Virus record (IMG/VR): IMGVR_UViG_3300018080_000112
Coordinates: 64,001-128,000 of that record
Strand: one strand, 5' to 3'
From: a virus
DNA length: 64,000 bases
Both the position numbers and the translations under genes were made by a program. The notes under the pieces were generated by a model, which was not told where the DNA came from, searched no databases, and saw only the letters and a program-made list of their open reading frames with translations. Below, piece by piece: positions 39,301 through 48,659 of the stretch (the first letter of the stretch is position 1; every line of letters begins with the position of its first letter).

Positions 39301-39782
39301 CAATCGTATTTAGGGTTCCAGAACGCCCACAGACAGTCTGTTCGTTCATAGATGGGTGCCAGAGCCTCCGAGACCTTTTGCGGGTCAAGACAGGACTCCC
39401 CCGTTCGATGTCGAACAGGAATATACACATTCCGCAACTGGTCATGCGCCACATTCGCCAGCGGACCCAAATCCTTCCGGTAAGAGAACGAATAGCCAAT
39501 GATGCGATGTCTCAGTTTGCCAAGACCTTCTGTTTCTGTATCAGCCGAGATTGCTTTCGCGACTCGCAGATCTTCACAAACTTGGAGAAAAGCATCCCAT
39601 GTGTTGATCAACTCGAACTGTTCATCCGCCTCCAATATACCAGGAAATTCTTTCTCCTTTTGTAGGTCCACCTCAGAGGGGAGAACAACATCATCATCAT
39701 CATAAACGCGGATGTTCTCGCCATTCAGGTCCCTCACAAACGTCTGTTGTTTAGAGAACAAACCTAGCTGTTGTTTCGCCAT
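36312..39782 (-). CDS. polA: family A DNA polymerase precursor containing an intein
   Basis: Exo DTETEG; motif A DLSQIEVR, motif B R...KQLNFSIVYG, motif C IHDE; GRL|SS site split by an intein. Confidence 0.93.
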   Translation of the reverse strand: MAKQQLGLFSKQQTFVRDLNGENIRVYDDDDVVLPSEVDLQKEKEFPGILEADEQFELINTWDAFLQVCEDLRVAKAISADTETEGLGKLRHRIIGYSFSYRKDLGPLANVAHDQLRNVYIPVRHRTGESCLDPQKVSEALAPIYERTDCLWAFWNPKYDWHMGANDGLIAPHPTLDGMILRRLIYADKLAGLKIVAAEDIDPEAATAEKLLEIYVTVLCRMNRWKKPSDRDPVGRAYYEYITTSIMAAYAARDTFFTWIATAHYLARVAAVPALLDLAITEHILLDPLYEMEREGLYVSRERVDANSLELDGLMKEMEEKIFEMIQRDINLGSGDQVAALFKEMKIPIIKATEATKKLPPSQQIPSLDGDSLMRLNKKGYEIAGHIHKWRKARDLKSKYLNVLPRIAEKDDCIHASFRQVGTESGRLCVAGDTVLETNMGKFRISDLDLTKNQNVSILTHKGRYRPIVNKYYKGQEEMYKVVLDNGSFIKCTAGHRFLTPKGWRRLDELAEGREVCTPSNYSGTFRGKGSPKGIRRRKLCSDNERRNYRCRSGSAIRRKPSRHQHFKEVLQRKVRRFDQVIKAAKLSPFDDGKSARKKGTTSGSNSKGGVRKISKRWLVSFGIGAKVRYNRVVCSPEHTISRVEETYGSAPLQVAGYGSGLLGTPGSFDTRVAGSNKKLLRQTSRVFQVVVSGIYQGKRTALVHQRVGKWSPLSKRTERGSTRPYLLVNKSRRIVSFTRSFGEKHSTRTSVYFVSKLHGRFLSSVCKFACGSRWRLPSQRQENKGTRRKERKDYTGEGVSSFACDRQRSSDLIGGCFRPDRGHYIQRIESIGIEDVWDIAVEEDHSYIAHGFINHNSSGGPNMQNFPSRGRLAHLVKGIFIIPPELQKDWVWVFADLSQIEVRILTHYCQEPSLVEGYAHGLDIHAATAEAMFGDRWDRADAKERKTLRSIGKQLNFSIVYGVGPKGLSDILFKGDGFEPGIDASEDECKDFIERYMTARPMVISWIEKTRRDARRTGVILNAQGRRREFYELLDRDTPMKVIKGIERELTNFVIQGSAADMYKKGLALSYARFKREGLRIKCINTIHDEIQYLVHKEDLERSAQIVKVAFEEDAAPWCSTPIVMDFEYVAGGDMAWSDKKDLTPEIIETLAKAA
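37212..38498 (-). mobile_element. intein (429 aa) in polA
   Basis: Starts CVAGDT, block B CTAGHRF, block F VWDIAV, ends HN followed by Ser; removal restores TESGRL-SSGGPNMQN. Confidence 0.92.
37280..38260 (-). CDS. DUF559/Vsr-like endonuclease with HTH segments, overprinted in the +1 frame inside the intein
   Basis: ERQF...VDFF....LLVEVDGDYH...RD..KE....GF..LR; HTH-like GITDAEVVRRYGVS and GWSLSELARKFDT; GGAGG 7 nt before ATG. Confidence 0.85.
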   Translation of the reverse strand: MNSQKDEKFVPRVITLEHSVERGRRKVFDEESFVLIMNEGITDAEVVRRYGVSRHVINTSKKYYKEKYGDLIKSSKRLNYRRSMMGNQRGKKEQPAVVIPKEELEKSLRDGWSLSELARKFDTTEWFVRQNIQFHELKKPTGVLPYKLQDTDLVYLERLEVLTPGLLEATKNYYDKPHEFFKLLYLAFIKVNEQLWFIKELANGHRYRREQNEVPRDHICWSTNRGELFLSLGLLERNIAHERQFILYRNYMVDFFLPSANLLVEVDGDYHRKDKKTKERDAKKEKIIQEKGFLLLRVTDKEVLTSLGDVLDQIEVIISKELSQSE

Positions 39783-39783
39783 C

Positions 39784-40341
39784 TCACTCCCCTTCACTAT
39801 CTGTTTTCAAGTAGCCAAACCACACATAAAATCCGTCACCCAAGTACTCAATATCCTCTCTCTTTCGCATCTTCCGCTTCAGTAGTATATACTCAGGATC
39901 TTTGTTCACAGTGTAATTACCACCCGTCATACACTCCAAGATCGGACCTAGATCATACACATGCATGATTCGACCAGCAAGGCGCAAGATCCTACTGCAA
40001 ATGTACATATAATCATTGGGTCTCGTCGGACCACGAGAAGACTCTTCCCATGCCCACCGGATCATTTTCGCATCTGTGAATTGAAGGAGACAGGCTTGAT
40101 TCAGATTACAGCGGTCGGTACAAAGAAAGTTACCAGCATCATACGAGTTACCAAAGCAACTTGGTGGATCAATCTCTCCTTTGTCTTGTAGTTCATGGAC
40201 AACACAACGAGCGCACAACATCTTCTGGAGACTAAAACGACCAATGTGCGCCTCTTCCTCCAACACAACAAGACCACACTCTTGACAAACAAGCTGACTA
40301 GGTTGCTTGTCCTTTTTCTTTCGTGTTCTCTTCGCACTCAT
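39784..40341 (-). CDS. Cys-rich hypothetical protein
   Basis: CxxC pairs and a C-X11-C-X3-C-X5-C cluster. Confidence 0.65.
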   Translation of the reverse strand: MSAKRTRKKKDKQPSQLVCQECGLVVLEEEAHIGRFSLQKMLCARCVVHELQDKGEIDPPSCFGNSYDAGNFLCTDRCNLNQACLLQFTDAKMIRWAWEESSRGPTRPNDYMYICSRILRLAGRIMHVYDLGPILECMTGGNYTVNKDPEYILLKRKMRKREDIEYLGDGFYVWFGYLKTDSEGE

Positions 40342-41051
40342 TCATCATCATCATCCAACTCTAGGCGTGTCGCAATTTTTGCGATTGCTGTTCGAACAGA
40401 GCGCCATCCACAACCCACATACTCTTGGATGGTATCACGACCGCACACCTCGAAACCGACAGCACCGGCATTGATTGTCTTGCTTCGCCGGTTCTTGATA
40501 TCTGTTTGTGCTTCCCGCTCATTGGCGAAATTAAGAAGAGCTTGTGGAGGACGAACCAGCGACCGAATCACCCATTTGTAAATCTTACCCTTCTGGGTAT
40601 TGGGGAACTTGTCAGCTTCATCATACGCCTTCTGTAAGAGGTCCCGCGCTACAAGCCGTTCTTCCTCCGATTGTGGGTTCATTTGGAGAGGCAACCCGTT
40701 TCTCTTGCACGAGAAATTCCGCAAGTGCATCACTTCATGTAACGTTTTGGTGTCCTCTTTCTCGCTGTGTATGCCGCGATCAAGCGAAACATGAACGTAT
40801 GAGTTATCGCCACGAATCAGATTCAAAGAGCGCCGCCGCAGTGACGCCAGCATATACTTCTCTGGATTGTCTGCGCTCTCATATCCATCCGACCTTGCGA
40901 CCTCCCAAGCGATAATCAGCAACTCCTGATAAAGGTCTTCTTGGTCGTGGTCCCGGCAAGAACAGGACAAACCATAAGCTAACTTTTTCAAGAATGGTTG
41001 GTATTTGGTAGTGAATGCATGGAATGATTGTTCGCCCTTATTGCGGGTCAT
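40338..41051 (-). CDS. RNA polymerase sigma70-family (ECF-like) factor
   Basis: Region-2-like KYQPFLKKLAY...DQEDLYQELLIIAWE...YMLASLRRRSLNLIR; divergent HTH-like C-terminus. Confidence 0.65.
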   Translation of the reverse strand: MTRNKGEQSFHAFTTKYQPFLKKLAYGLSCSCRDHDQEDLYQELLIIAWEVARSDGYESADNPEKYMLASLRRRSLNLIRGDNSYVHVSLDRGIHSEKEDTKTLHEVMHLRNFSCKRNGLPLQMNPQSEEERLVARDLLQKAYDEADKFPNTQKGKIYKWVIRSLVRPPQALLNFANEREAQTDIKNRRSKTINAGAVGFEVCGRDTIQEYVGCGWRSVRTAIAKIATRLELDDDDE

Positions 41052-41091
41052 CTCTTCTTCCTCCAGCACCAGTATTCCTGGTGCAAAACAA

Positions 41092-41145
41092 GTTCCTTTT
41101 GGGTTCCTTTGTGCTTCCTTTTGGGTTCCTTTGTGCTTCCTTTTT
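41092..41145. repeat. tandem duplication of TTCCTTTTGGGTTCCTTTGTGC
   Basis: Two adjacent copies upstream of the sigma gene. Confidence 0.7.
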
Positions 41146-41221
41146 TCAAGGCGTCTAACCTTGAGCGTCCTATTATAGATCGACCTCCTTTAAACAGCAA
41201 GCGCTAAAATACAAAGTAAGC

Positions 41222-41247
41222 TGTACCCGGACCTTTAACCGGGTACA
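41222..41247 (-). terminator. hairpin after the cobT-like gene
   Basis: TGTACCCGG-N8-CCGGGTACA, followed by a T-rich run on the minus strand. Confidence 0.6.
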
Positions 41248-41258
41248 AGCCCACTTTC

Positions 41259-43148
41259 CTACGCGGTGACCTCTTTCCGTTTCCGTGTTTGCCGTCGTTG
41301 TTGAACCAGGTACTCTTTGAGCTTTTGCAACTCCGTCCGGCTCAGATCCGCCGCATTTCTCAAGACCACGTGATCCGGGTAGTAATGAGAGACCGCATCT
41401 GAACAGATCCCGATCCCGATCAACTCGATTCCCGCATCCATTGATTGAGTGACCACCCGGCGAAGGTACTCTTGACCGTTCACCTGGAACTCGCCAAATT
41501 CTTGCTCTGGGTAGCCATCAGAGAACACAAACAGGATGCGCCGCTCTCCGGGCTTAGAAGAAAGCTGAAGGCGTCTCACGGCAACGGCAACCGCTTCTCC
41601 GTCATAGTTGTGACACTGCGCTTTCATGGTCATGATACGAGGAGCAACCCGCTTCCACTGTTCGTGAAATTCCTTGTAGATTTCGATCTTCAACTCACCC
41701 CATCGTGTAAAGGTATCATGGGCTGGTGTGCCTCTTGTTTTCGCCCTGTTCTCTCGCTCTGTGTGGAATGCGACAGAGGTAAACCCCAGAATCTCAAACG
41801 GCACTCGAATCGAATGACAGAACTCACCAAACGCAATAACGGCTTTCCGGGCTTCTTGAACCTTCCGTCCCCCCATGCTACCAGAGAGGTCAACTAGCAA
41901 CGAAACACGAGCGGACGTAGTCTCTGCATAGGTCTTGCGACGGAACACACGGGGGTCACCAGTCAGCAAGAACCGAGGAATATCTACAGGACTCAACTCA
42001 CCCCACAGCTTTCCTCTGGAGATCTCACAGCGCTTGACGCTTGCCATCGCCATCCGGAGTTGACGAATCATCACACCTACGCTCTTTCGTACTTCCGCCA
42101 GAGCCTTTTGATACTCCGCCTTGTGCTTGGCGTTTGCCTTCATCACCTTGACCACATCATCCTTTGTGGTATAGGGAGCATAGAAGGACTTTCCTTTTGC
42201 CTTGTAGTGCTTGTACAAGCCAGCCGCTTCGTGTTCGATGGTCTCCGATTTCTCCAGAGCCTTCAAGACCTCTTCCGCCTTTTCCTTGGCGACTTCCGGG
42301 TCAATCTCGTGCTCCTTCATCACCCCTTCCATTTCTTCCTTCAATGCTTCGGTGATTGCTTCCGTCACCTCTTTTATAGAAGGTTCACCCTTTCCGCTTC
42401 CCGGCATAGGCATTCCAGCACGACCCGCCGCGCCAGCCGACATCATCGTTTCCATGATCTCTTCCAGCATCTCTTCCATCGCCGCCATAGACGTACCAGA
42501 AGGAGGTACAAAATCGAGACCGAACGCTTCCATCAGATACTTCGCCAGTGCAAGGCTATGGTCGCTTGTGGGGAGATCTTTGATCACATCCAGAACCGGT
42601 TGGAGTGGTTCGAGATCTTCGAGAAGAGACGGTTTTGGGAACTCATCAATCATCTCTTCGTCACCAGACGCCATCACCAGGATTCCTTCTGCAAGCTGGT
42701 GAATCGCCTCAAGCTCATCAAAACGAGGATAGATCTTGTCTCGGCTGATAATTCGGGCGCTGTCATCCATATTGCGCTTTGAGCCTCGCCACATCTGAAC
42801 CATCTTTGACTCTGATCGAATATCTTCAGTGACCCCAAGGAAAAGCTTTGTCAAAGGGTCCTTGACCTTTCGGAGCGTCGTGAAATCACTGAATAAGAGA
42901 TGAGACACTTCGTGGTCAACGTGCCCCTCCATCAGTGTAATCACCTTGTCAAGCTTCTCCTCGAACGCCGTCAGCTTGGCGGGATCTTCTTCGATGTCTG
43001 GGAAATCTGGGAGGGATGGGAGATAGATTGTCTTGCCGTCTGTCTTGCACTCGCCACCTTCAAAGACAACATCAATAAAGTAGCGATCCGAAAGAATACG
43101 CGCCAAGCGCTGTATCTTTCCTTCTAATAGTTCCTTGGTCGTTCTCAT
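41259..43148 (-). CDS. CobT-like VWA-domain protein with N-terminal HExxH
   Basis: TDGKTIYLP, HEVSH, ED.R; MIDAS DLSGSM, FEILGF, N.DGEA, SDG.P. Confidence 0.8.
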   Translation of the reverse strand: MRTTKELLEGKIQRLARILSDRYFIDVVFEGGECKTDGKTIYLPSLPDFPDIEEDPAKLTAFEEKLDKVITLMEGHVDHEVSHLLFSDFTTLRKVKDPLTKLFLGVTEDIRSESKMVQMWRGSKRNMDDSARIISRDKIYPRFDELEAIHQLAEGILVMASGDEEMIDEFPKPSLLEDLEPLQPVLDVIKDLPTSDHSLALAKYLMEAFGLDFVPPSGTSMAAMEEMLEEIMETMMSAGAAGRAGMPMPGSGKGEPSIKEVTEAITEALKEEMEGVMKEHEIDPEVAKEKAEEVLKALEKSETIEHEAAGLYKHYKAKGKSFYAPYTTKDDVVKVMKANAKHKAEYQKALAEVRKSVGVMIRQLRMAMASVKRCEISRGKLWGELSPVDIPRFLLTGDPRVFRRKTYAETTSARVSLLVDLSGSMGGRKVQEARKAVIAFGEFCHSIRVPFEILGFTSVAFHTERENRAKTRGTPAHDTFTRWGELKIEIYKEFHEQWKRVAPRIMTMKAQCHNYDGEAVAVAVRRLQLSSKPGERRILFVFSDGYPEQEFGEFQVNGQEYLRRVVTQSMDAGIELIGIGICSDAVSHYYPDHVVLRNAADLSRTELQKLKEYLVQQRRQTRKRKEVTA

Positions 43149-43303
43149 TGTTCTGTTCCCCTGTCTATATCAGTTTATGTTCGTTGTCTGTCACATCGTG
43201 ACACAAAAGGTAAGGGAGTGACTTTTTTCTGACTGCGCCAGAAAAAGGCAACTTGGAGCGGCTGAAGAGTTCAAGGAACCGCCCCAAGTTACCGGCGCGA
43301 CAA

Positions 43304-44566
43304 TCAATCAAAAGCGCGTTGAACCAATCCTTCCAGCGTCCCCCGCTCCTCTTGTGGAGAGCGATTGATAAAACAGAACTTGGCGGACTTCTGAGGGTTA
43401 CCCCAGATACAGAACTTTTCCGCCCAATTGATCGCATCCCGTGTTGAGAGAGGAGCGGACAACTGACCGTTGACAAACGCTTCACGAACCGCATTGATCG
43501 CCTTGATGATTGCTTCCGCTTCCCATTCTTCAATGTCGCCACCGAAACGGTTCATCAGGATCTTTTGCTCTTGTTTTGCATCCAGGTAATCGAGAATGAC
43601 GGTCATAGCGAACCGGTTGATCTGTGCGTAGTTTTGGATACGAGTCCCTTGCGAGTAGAGACCCGTATCGTCCCCCATTCCGGCGGTGTTCGCCGTAGCG
43701 ATGATGGTGTTCTCAGGATGTAAAGAGATCAGCTTTTCGCCTTCTTCCATGATAAGGAGTTGGCTGTTCTTCTCCAGCGGTCGCTGTAGAACAAAGCTCA
43801 CCTCTTCGCCAATCGTGTCCCACTCATCCAGGAGAACCACCGTGCCAGGGAGAGCCATCGCTCTCGGCAAGATACCATAACAGAACTCCATTTCACGCTT
43901 CTCGCCTTCACCCTTGACCACATAGTGACCGATCAAATCAGCCCGTGTGATAGCTGAATCGAAGTTGATACGGACAAAGTTAAGGTTGAGACGAGCACAG
44001 ATTTGTTCGATGATGCTGGTCTTTCCGCTCCCTGTTGGACCGTAGACCAAGACCTTGTCCTTCAGATGCAGACCGAGAAGCACGACCTGTGTCGCTTCCG
44101 GGTCGAACACGTAATCAGGATCAATGGGAGGAGTCAGAGGACCCGGTGTCTTGTAGCCGGTGACCATCTTGTCTCGCTTCTCCGCCTTTTTCGCCTTGGG
44201 GTTCCACAAGAAATCGAAGGTTTTCTTGACGGAGAACAGCTTTTTCTCGCGCTCCTCATAGACAAGAGAGCCGACCGAACCAGAGTTGACACCCTTGACC
44301 GGGAAACCGGGAAAACGGGTCTCGTAATCCTCCGCAGTGGTCTTGTGCTCCTTCTTTAGATGATCTGTGAGATCACGAAAAGCTTGACCACAGAGCCGAC
44401 AGATGGCTTGACCCGCGCTGTTATACTTTGCTTCCAGCCCGGAGATTTTGAGACCCTTGATCTGTAGTTCGTCAACGCTGCCTGTTGGTTCGGTTGATTC
44501 TTCCGCCGTCAACTCCAGAACAGGTTCGGTGGTGGTTTCGGTGGTAGGTTCTTCTTTTGTGGACAT
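43304..44566 (-). CDS. CobS/MoxR-like AAA+ ATPase with N-terminal C2H2-like finger
   Basis: GPTGSGKT, DLIG, LLDEWD, ATANT.G.GD..G.Y..T, NRF, STR; CRLC...HLKKEH. Confidence 0.85.
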   Translation of the reverse strand: MSTKEEPTTETTTEPVLELTAEESTEPTGSVDELQIKGLKISGLEAKYNSAGQAICRLCGQAFRDLTDHLKKEHKTTAEDYETRFPGFPVKGVNSGSVGSLVYEEREKKLFSVKKTFDFLWNPKAKKAEKRDKMVTGYKTPGPLTPPIDPDYVFDPEATQVVLLGLHLKDKVLVYGPTGSGKTSIIEQICARLNLNFVRINFDSAITRADLIGHYVVKGEGEKREMEFCYGILPRAMALPGTVVLLDEWDTIGEEVSFVLQRPLEKNSQLLIMEEGEKLISLHPENTIIATANTAGMGDDTGLYSQGTRIQNYAQINRFAMTVILDYLDAKQEQKILMNRFGGDIEEWEAEAIIKAINAVREAFVNGQLSAPLSTRDAINWAEKFCIWGNPQKSAKFCFINRSPQEERGTLEGLVQRAFD

Positions 44567-44739
44567 GGCAAAAACTCCTTGCTTTCGTTTAACATGCAAC
44601 CGAGAACTCTCTCAGCGCACAAATAAAATCTCTCGAAAAAAGTGAGGGCTAGACTTTTTTCTGACTCACTTCTTTTAGGGACACACATTAGACCAAAGTG
44701 ACACCATTTTTTCTTTCGCTTGTTGAAAAAAAGAACACA

Positions 44740-45177
44740 TTACTTGCGCCCACTGCGAGAAAACAAGCCAAGAACATCACTGAATCCTATCGTGTCTGAC
44801 TCCGCCGCTTCTTTCTCTTTCTGTTCCTGATACTCTTCCATAGCCTCTTGCATCTTCTGTATATCCTGCAAGCGCTTTTTGAGCCGGTCCAGATAATCCA
44901 TGCGATGAATCAACTCCACACGGAGCGGGTCGCCCTTTCTCATCTCCCGGATGTTCTGTCGTAGCTCATCCATGGTAATTCCGCTCCAGTGATCATCAAT
45001 CAACTGGTGCAACTTTTCATCCATTCGAATCGCAAGCGTCTCCAGATCCGCCTTGCTCATACCACAGAAACACCGATTAATCTGGTCAGAATGCAGATTG
45101 CACATATCCACAGAACGCAAACGAAACGCCGCTTGTTGCATGTAAGCCGCACCGCATATCGGACATATTGTAACCAT
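44740..45177 (-). CDS. hypothetical protein
   Basis: CPICG N-terminus, coiled coil. Confidence 0.55.
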   Translation of the reverse strand: MVTICPICGAAYMQQAAFRLRSVDMCNLHSDQINRCFCGMSKADLETLAIRMDEKLHQLIDDHWSGITMDELRQNIREMRKGDPLRVELIHRMDYLDRLKKRLQDIQKMQEAMEEYQEQKEKEAAESDTIGFSDVLGLFSRSGRK

Positions 45178-45178
45178 C

Positions 45179-45496
45179 TTACTTCTCCGTTCCCCTGAAC
45201 TTTTCCGCCTCCTGTGGTGTCTTAGGAAACCCCAACAAAAGAAGGTTCACTTCCTCCTTTGTCTCGATTGTCAACAAGTGGTCCCTTATCCGCTGCAGCA
45301 AATCAAACCAGGAAGGAAGGTCGAGCGAAGCTGTTACTGTAATGGTCAAAAGAAGGATGTTCATCACCGTGGGGTGGTCTTCTGGTTTGTGGCTCTTCAA
45401 GATATCATCCACCACAGAGAAGGAGCCAGCCAAGAGTAGCTCATCTACGGCGTCAAACACTTCGTCAATTTCGTCATCTGTGACGGTCATACTCAT
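45179..45496 (-). CDS. hypothetical protein
   Basis: GGAG RBS, operon position. Confidence 0.55.
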   Translation of the reverse strand: MSMTVTDDEIDEVFDAVDELLLAGSFSVVDDILKSHKPEDHPTVMNILLLTITVTASLDLPSWFDLLQRIRDHLLTIETKEEVNLLLLGFPKTPQEAEKFRGTEK

Positions 45497-45741
45497 GGTG
45501 TTGACTCCACCGCATCTTTTTTCTTGTTGTGTTTCTCTCGAAGCTTTGCAGTGTGCTCGCGGTTTCTTTGTGCTACCGCTTCACTAAGCTCGAAACTGAT
45601 TGACCGAATCTCTTCCCAGAGCGCCGTATCATCCAGAATTTCCTTCCTATCCATCCCCTTGTAACCAGGGGAAGCGGAACAATAACCGGCATGCAAAAAC
45701 GACGATAGATCCCCATGTGCGGCGGCGCTAATAATTCTCAT
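45493..45741 (-). CDS. hypothetical protein
   Basis: GGAG RBS, ATGA overlap with next gene. Confidence 0.5.
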   Translation of the reverse strand: MRIISAAAHGDLSSFLHAGYCSASPGYKGMDRKEILDDTALWEEIRSISFELSEAVAQRNREHTAKLREKHNKKKDAVESTP

Positions 45742-45758
45742 TGAACTTCTCCAAAAGG

Positions 45759-46844
45759 TTAGGTCCTAACCGTACTGTATCCCGAAATCCGAACGTTGAT
45801 CAAGAGAGCAACTTCCTCTTTACTCTCTACATACACCGATTCATCGATGTAGTTACGAGTCTTCTCTGTTCCAATCTCATCCGGGTCTCCACCAGAGAGA
45901 CAAGCAATCTTCACAGAGTCGAAACGTCCTAGCAAATAACTTGCGGCGGTCAAAAGGGGAGGTCTCCCATAACCACCCGTCTTCTTGCCCCCGAACCGAC
46001 CTTTCGCCTCCAACCGCTTCTTTACAGGGTTGGGGACCTTCCAGCTATCCGGGTCATAACACAAGACCACCTTGCGAACACCGTACTCTTTCAACAAATT
46101 AATCTGAGCTTGGCTGATCTTGTTTCCGAATGTAGCCACGGCATCTTCACCCGTTTTCAGCGCAGAAAAGACACCTTCGCAGATGATAACCTCATCGAAA
46201 GAAGACGCCTTGTCAATGTTGAACAAACAATTGGCTCCTGAATAGCCAGCCGGGGTCAAGTAGCGGAGTTGGTGTGTTCCACTTGTGTCTCTTGCTTGCC
46301 AGAATACCAGCTTGTTACGTTGCCAAACAGGGAGAATAAGGCGACCGGAGTACTTTCCGAATACACAACCACCAAATTTCATCTCCAGCATGGTATTCCA
46401 GTTTATACCGCGATTAAGAGCATATCGGTTCACCGTGGGTATCCGGGGGTCTCCTAGTGGGATGAAGTTTTCTGGTAATTCCAACGCTTTCTTGCTCACC
46501 TGAATTCGACCGTGACTCGTGCGTACAAAGGTTTGAGTACCGTCCATCAGCGCAAGCTGTTTCTTAACGTAATCCTCAAAGGAATCATCCCCTGGTATCG
46601 CGTTGTATTCCCCCATCACCTTGAACAACTTCATTCCCCGAACACCCGTCAGATATTGCAACAACTCCTCTCTGTCGGGTGACCACTGACAACGATGACA
46701 GTAGTACAGATCGTCCGTTACGGTAATCCACAACTTTTCATATCCGCCACAGTACGGACAATCAATCTTGATTTGCTTATCATCGACCGTAACCGCCTTG
46801 TAACCGATCTTTCTTTCATGGAGGAACCGCAACATGTCAAACAT
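45759..46844 (-). CDS. DNA primase (zinc finger plus TOPRIM)
   Basis: CPYC...CHRC, GRLILP, ICEGVFSA, YDPD. Confidence 0.88.
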   Translation of the reverse strand: MFDMLRFLHERKIGYKAVTVDDKQIKIDCPYCGGYEKLWITVTDDLYYCHRCQWSPDREELLQYLTGVRGMKLFKVMGEYNAIPGDDSFEDYVKKQLALMDGTQTFVRTSHGRIQVSKKALELPENFIPLGDPRIPTVNRYALNRGINWNTMLEMKFGGCVFGKYSGRLILPVWQRNKLVFWQARDTSGTHQLRYLTPAGYSGANCLFNIDKASSFDEVIICEGVFSALKTGEDAVATFGNKISQAQINLLKEYGVRKVVLCYDPDSWKVPNPVKKRLEAKGRFGGKKTGGYGRPPLLTAASYLLGRFDSVKIACLSGGDPDEIGTEKTRNYIDESVYVESKEEVALLINVRISGYSTVRT

Positions 46845-46853
46845 AGGTCCCCC

Positions 46854-47324
46854 TCACCAGCTATCCGCTGTTCGTTCCAAACCGACCTTGTTCAAATCTT
46901 CCTCCGAAAAAGCTCGAAGCGGCGTGCGCCCTGAAATAACCAGAATCCCCACATCCATCTTGTGGCGGTCACAAACCGCTTTGATGAAATCTCGAAACCC
47001 TTCCCGTTCTACAGGGTCCATATTCGTGTCCAGAACATTAATCGCGATCACTTTTGTACCTTCCGGAACAGTTGTCACTTCATGTTCCAGGTCCCGAACC
47101 TTCTCCGCCAGCTTGGGATCAATAATCTCCCCCTTGAAAGACAACTGCGCTGACTTTCTCTCCTTCAACAACTTGATCTCCAACTGAAGAGCCGCCAATT
47201 CAGATGCTGCGTTACGAACCAGCGTTCGCCAACTCTTGCGCACCGGTTCTGTGGAGACCTCCTCAAAGCGCTTGTCTGACAACATACGCTCACAAGCTCG
47301 AATCAATCCTTTTATTCCCATCAT
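46854..47324 (-). CDS. hypothetical protein
   Basis: ORF between helicase and primase. Confidence 0.6.
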   Translation of the reverse strand: MMGIKGLIRACERMLSDKRFEEVSTEPVRKSWRTLVRNAASELAALQLEIKLLKERKSAQLSFKGEIIDPKLAEKVRDLEHEVTTVPEGTKVIAINVLDTNMDPVEREGFRDFIKAVCDRHKMDVGILVISGRTPLRAFSEEDLNKVGLERTADSW

Positions 47325-47333
47325 GCTGATCCC

Positions 47334-48659
47334 CTATCCCGCGAGCGGATGGCGAACAAGACACATCTTCGCCATGTCCGTCTTCAACGGTCCAATCGTC
47401 ACCTTCGCAATACCATCCCTGTTCTTGTCCACCCGCAAAATGACCTCGTGCTTCTCTCGTAACTCATCATTCATCGTAATCGTGATGATGTAGTCACAAA
47501 TCCCCAGAGAATCCCAAGAACCCGCTACATGGGTTCCAGTCACCACCTTTGCAGTCGCGCCCTTCTTATTCGTCTGTGACGCCGTCCATCCAACTGCGTT
47601 CTTGTCCACACACAACCCACGAAACTCTTCCAGGATCTCTTGAAGTTCAATGTGTCGTTGTTCTCGTGGTGTGGTCGGTTTAACAATCGCCGCATAGTCC
47701 AGGACAATCAGGTTCGGTCGCCAGCGCTCCTTTCGCTCTAACAGGTCAAGAGACGCTCGCATATCATCAATTGTGGCTCCTTTTGTTGGATAGCGCTTGA
47801 TCCATAACCGGCGACCAAATCGCCGCGCCATCTTCTGCATCTCACCCAAAACAAGATCTGTTTTCGGTCTCAGATGGCTCATATCAGTTCCAGTGAAACC
47901 AGCATCCATCCGATCCGCATTCTTCTCCGCACTCATCTCAAACGAAAAAAGGGCTGTGTTTGCACCAGACCAGATCCCGCGCCTTGCAATCTGACCTAGC
48001 GCCACAGATTTCCCGCCGTTTGTCGGAGCGATGAACAGACCAATCTCACCCGGACACACACCGCCGTATCGTAAGAGCCGATCAAGCTCAGGAATGCCAG
48101 TAGGGAGAACACCCGTCAAATCATCATCATCATCCGCTCTACGGCGTATCCTCTCGTCAACCGTCTCAAAGTACCAAAGACCACCCGCTTCTGTCGTGGT
48201 GATGACAGAATCCGCCTTCTTGACGATCTTTGAGATCTCCAGAAACTTCCCTTGTTGAATCCGGGGAAGGATCTCTGTGACCGCCTCGCGCCACCCTTGA
48301 GCTTGCGCGAAACCAGCCACCACATCGGTTGTGTATTCTTTGCTGTATGGAATCTCATCGAAAGAGCTATTTACAAGCTCAGCCAGCGAGGTTTCGATAC
48401 CGCTTCCACTCCACACCTTCTCTACTTCGTTAAGTACTTGTGCTTTGCGTGGTAGAAGCTTGTAGGTCGAAAAAAAGCGGAGGACGATACTGGAAAGCGC
48501 TCGTTTCTCTGGGGTCGCAAAATACCCCGGCTTGACCCAACGAACAGCCGCATCTGCAAAATCATGATCTTGCACCATCAGGCGCAAAATATCCTCTTGC
48601 GTCTCATTATCAAATGTGTACTTAGGTTCTGGTTTCTCTTCCTTCGGTTTGCCCGTCAT
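47334..48659 (-). CDS. dnaB: DnaB-like replicative helicase
   Basis: PTGIPELD, APTNGGKS, FSFEM, VLDY, ASQ, KNRDG. Confidence 0.88.
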   Translation of the reverse strand: MTGKPKEEKPEPKYTFDNETQEDILRLMVQDHDFADAAVRWVKPGYFATPEKRALSSIVLRFFSTYKLLPRKAQVLNEVEKVWSGSGIETSLAELVNSSFDEIPYSKEYTTDVVAGFAQAQGWREAVTEILPRIQQGKFLEISKIVKKADSVITTTEAGGLWYFETVDERIRRRADDDDDLTGVLPTGIPELDRLLRYGGVCPGEIGLFIAPTNGGKSVALGQIARRGIWSGANTALFSFEMSAEKNADRMDAGFTGTDMSHLRPKTDLVLGEMQKMARRFGRRLWIKRYPTKGATIDDMRASLDLLERKERWRPNLIVLDYAAIVKPTTPREQRHIELQEILEEFRGLCVDKNAVGWTASQTNKKGATAKVVTGTHVAGSWDSLGICDYIITITMNDELREKHEVILRVDKNRDGIAKVTIGPLKTDMAKMCLVRHPLAG

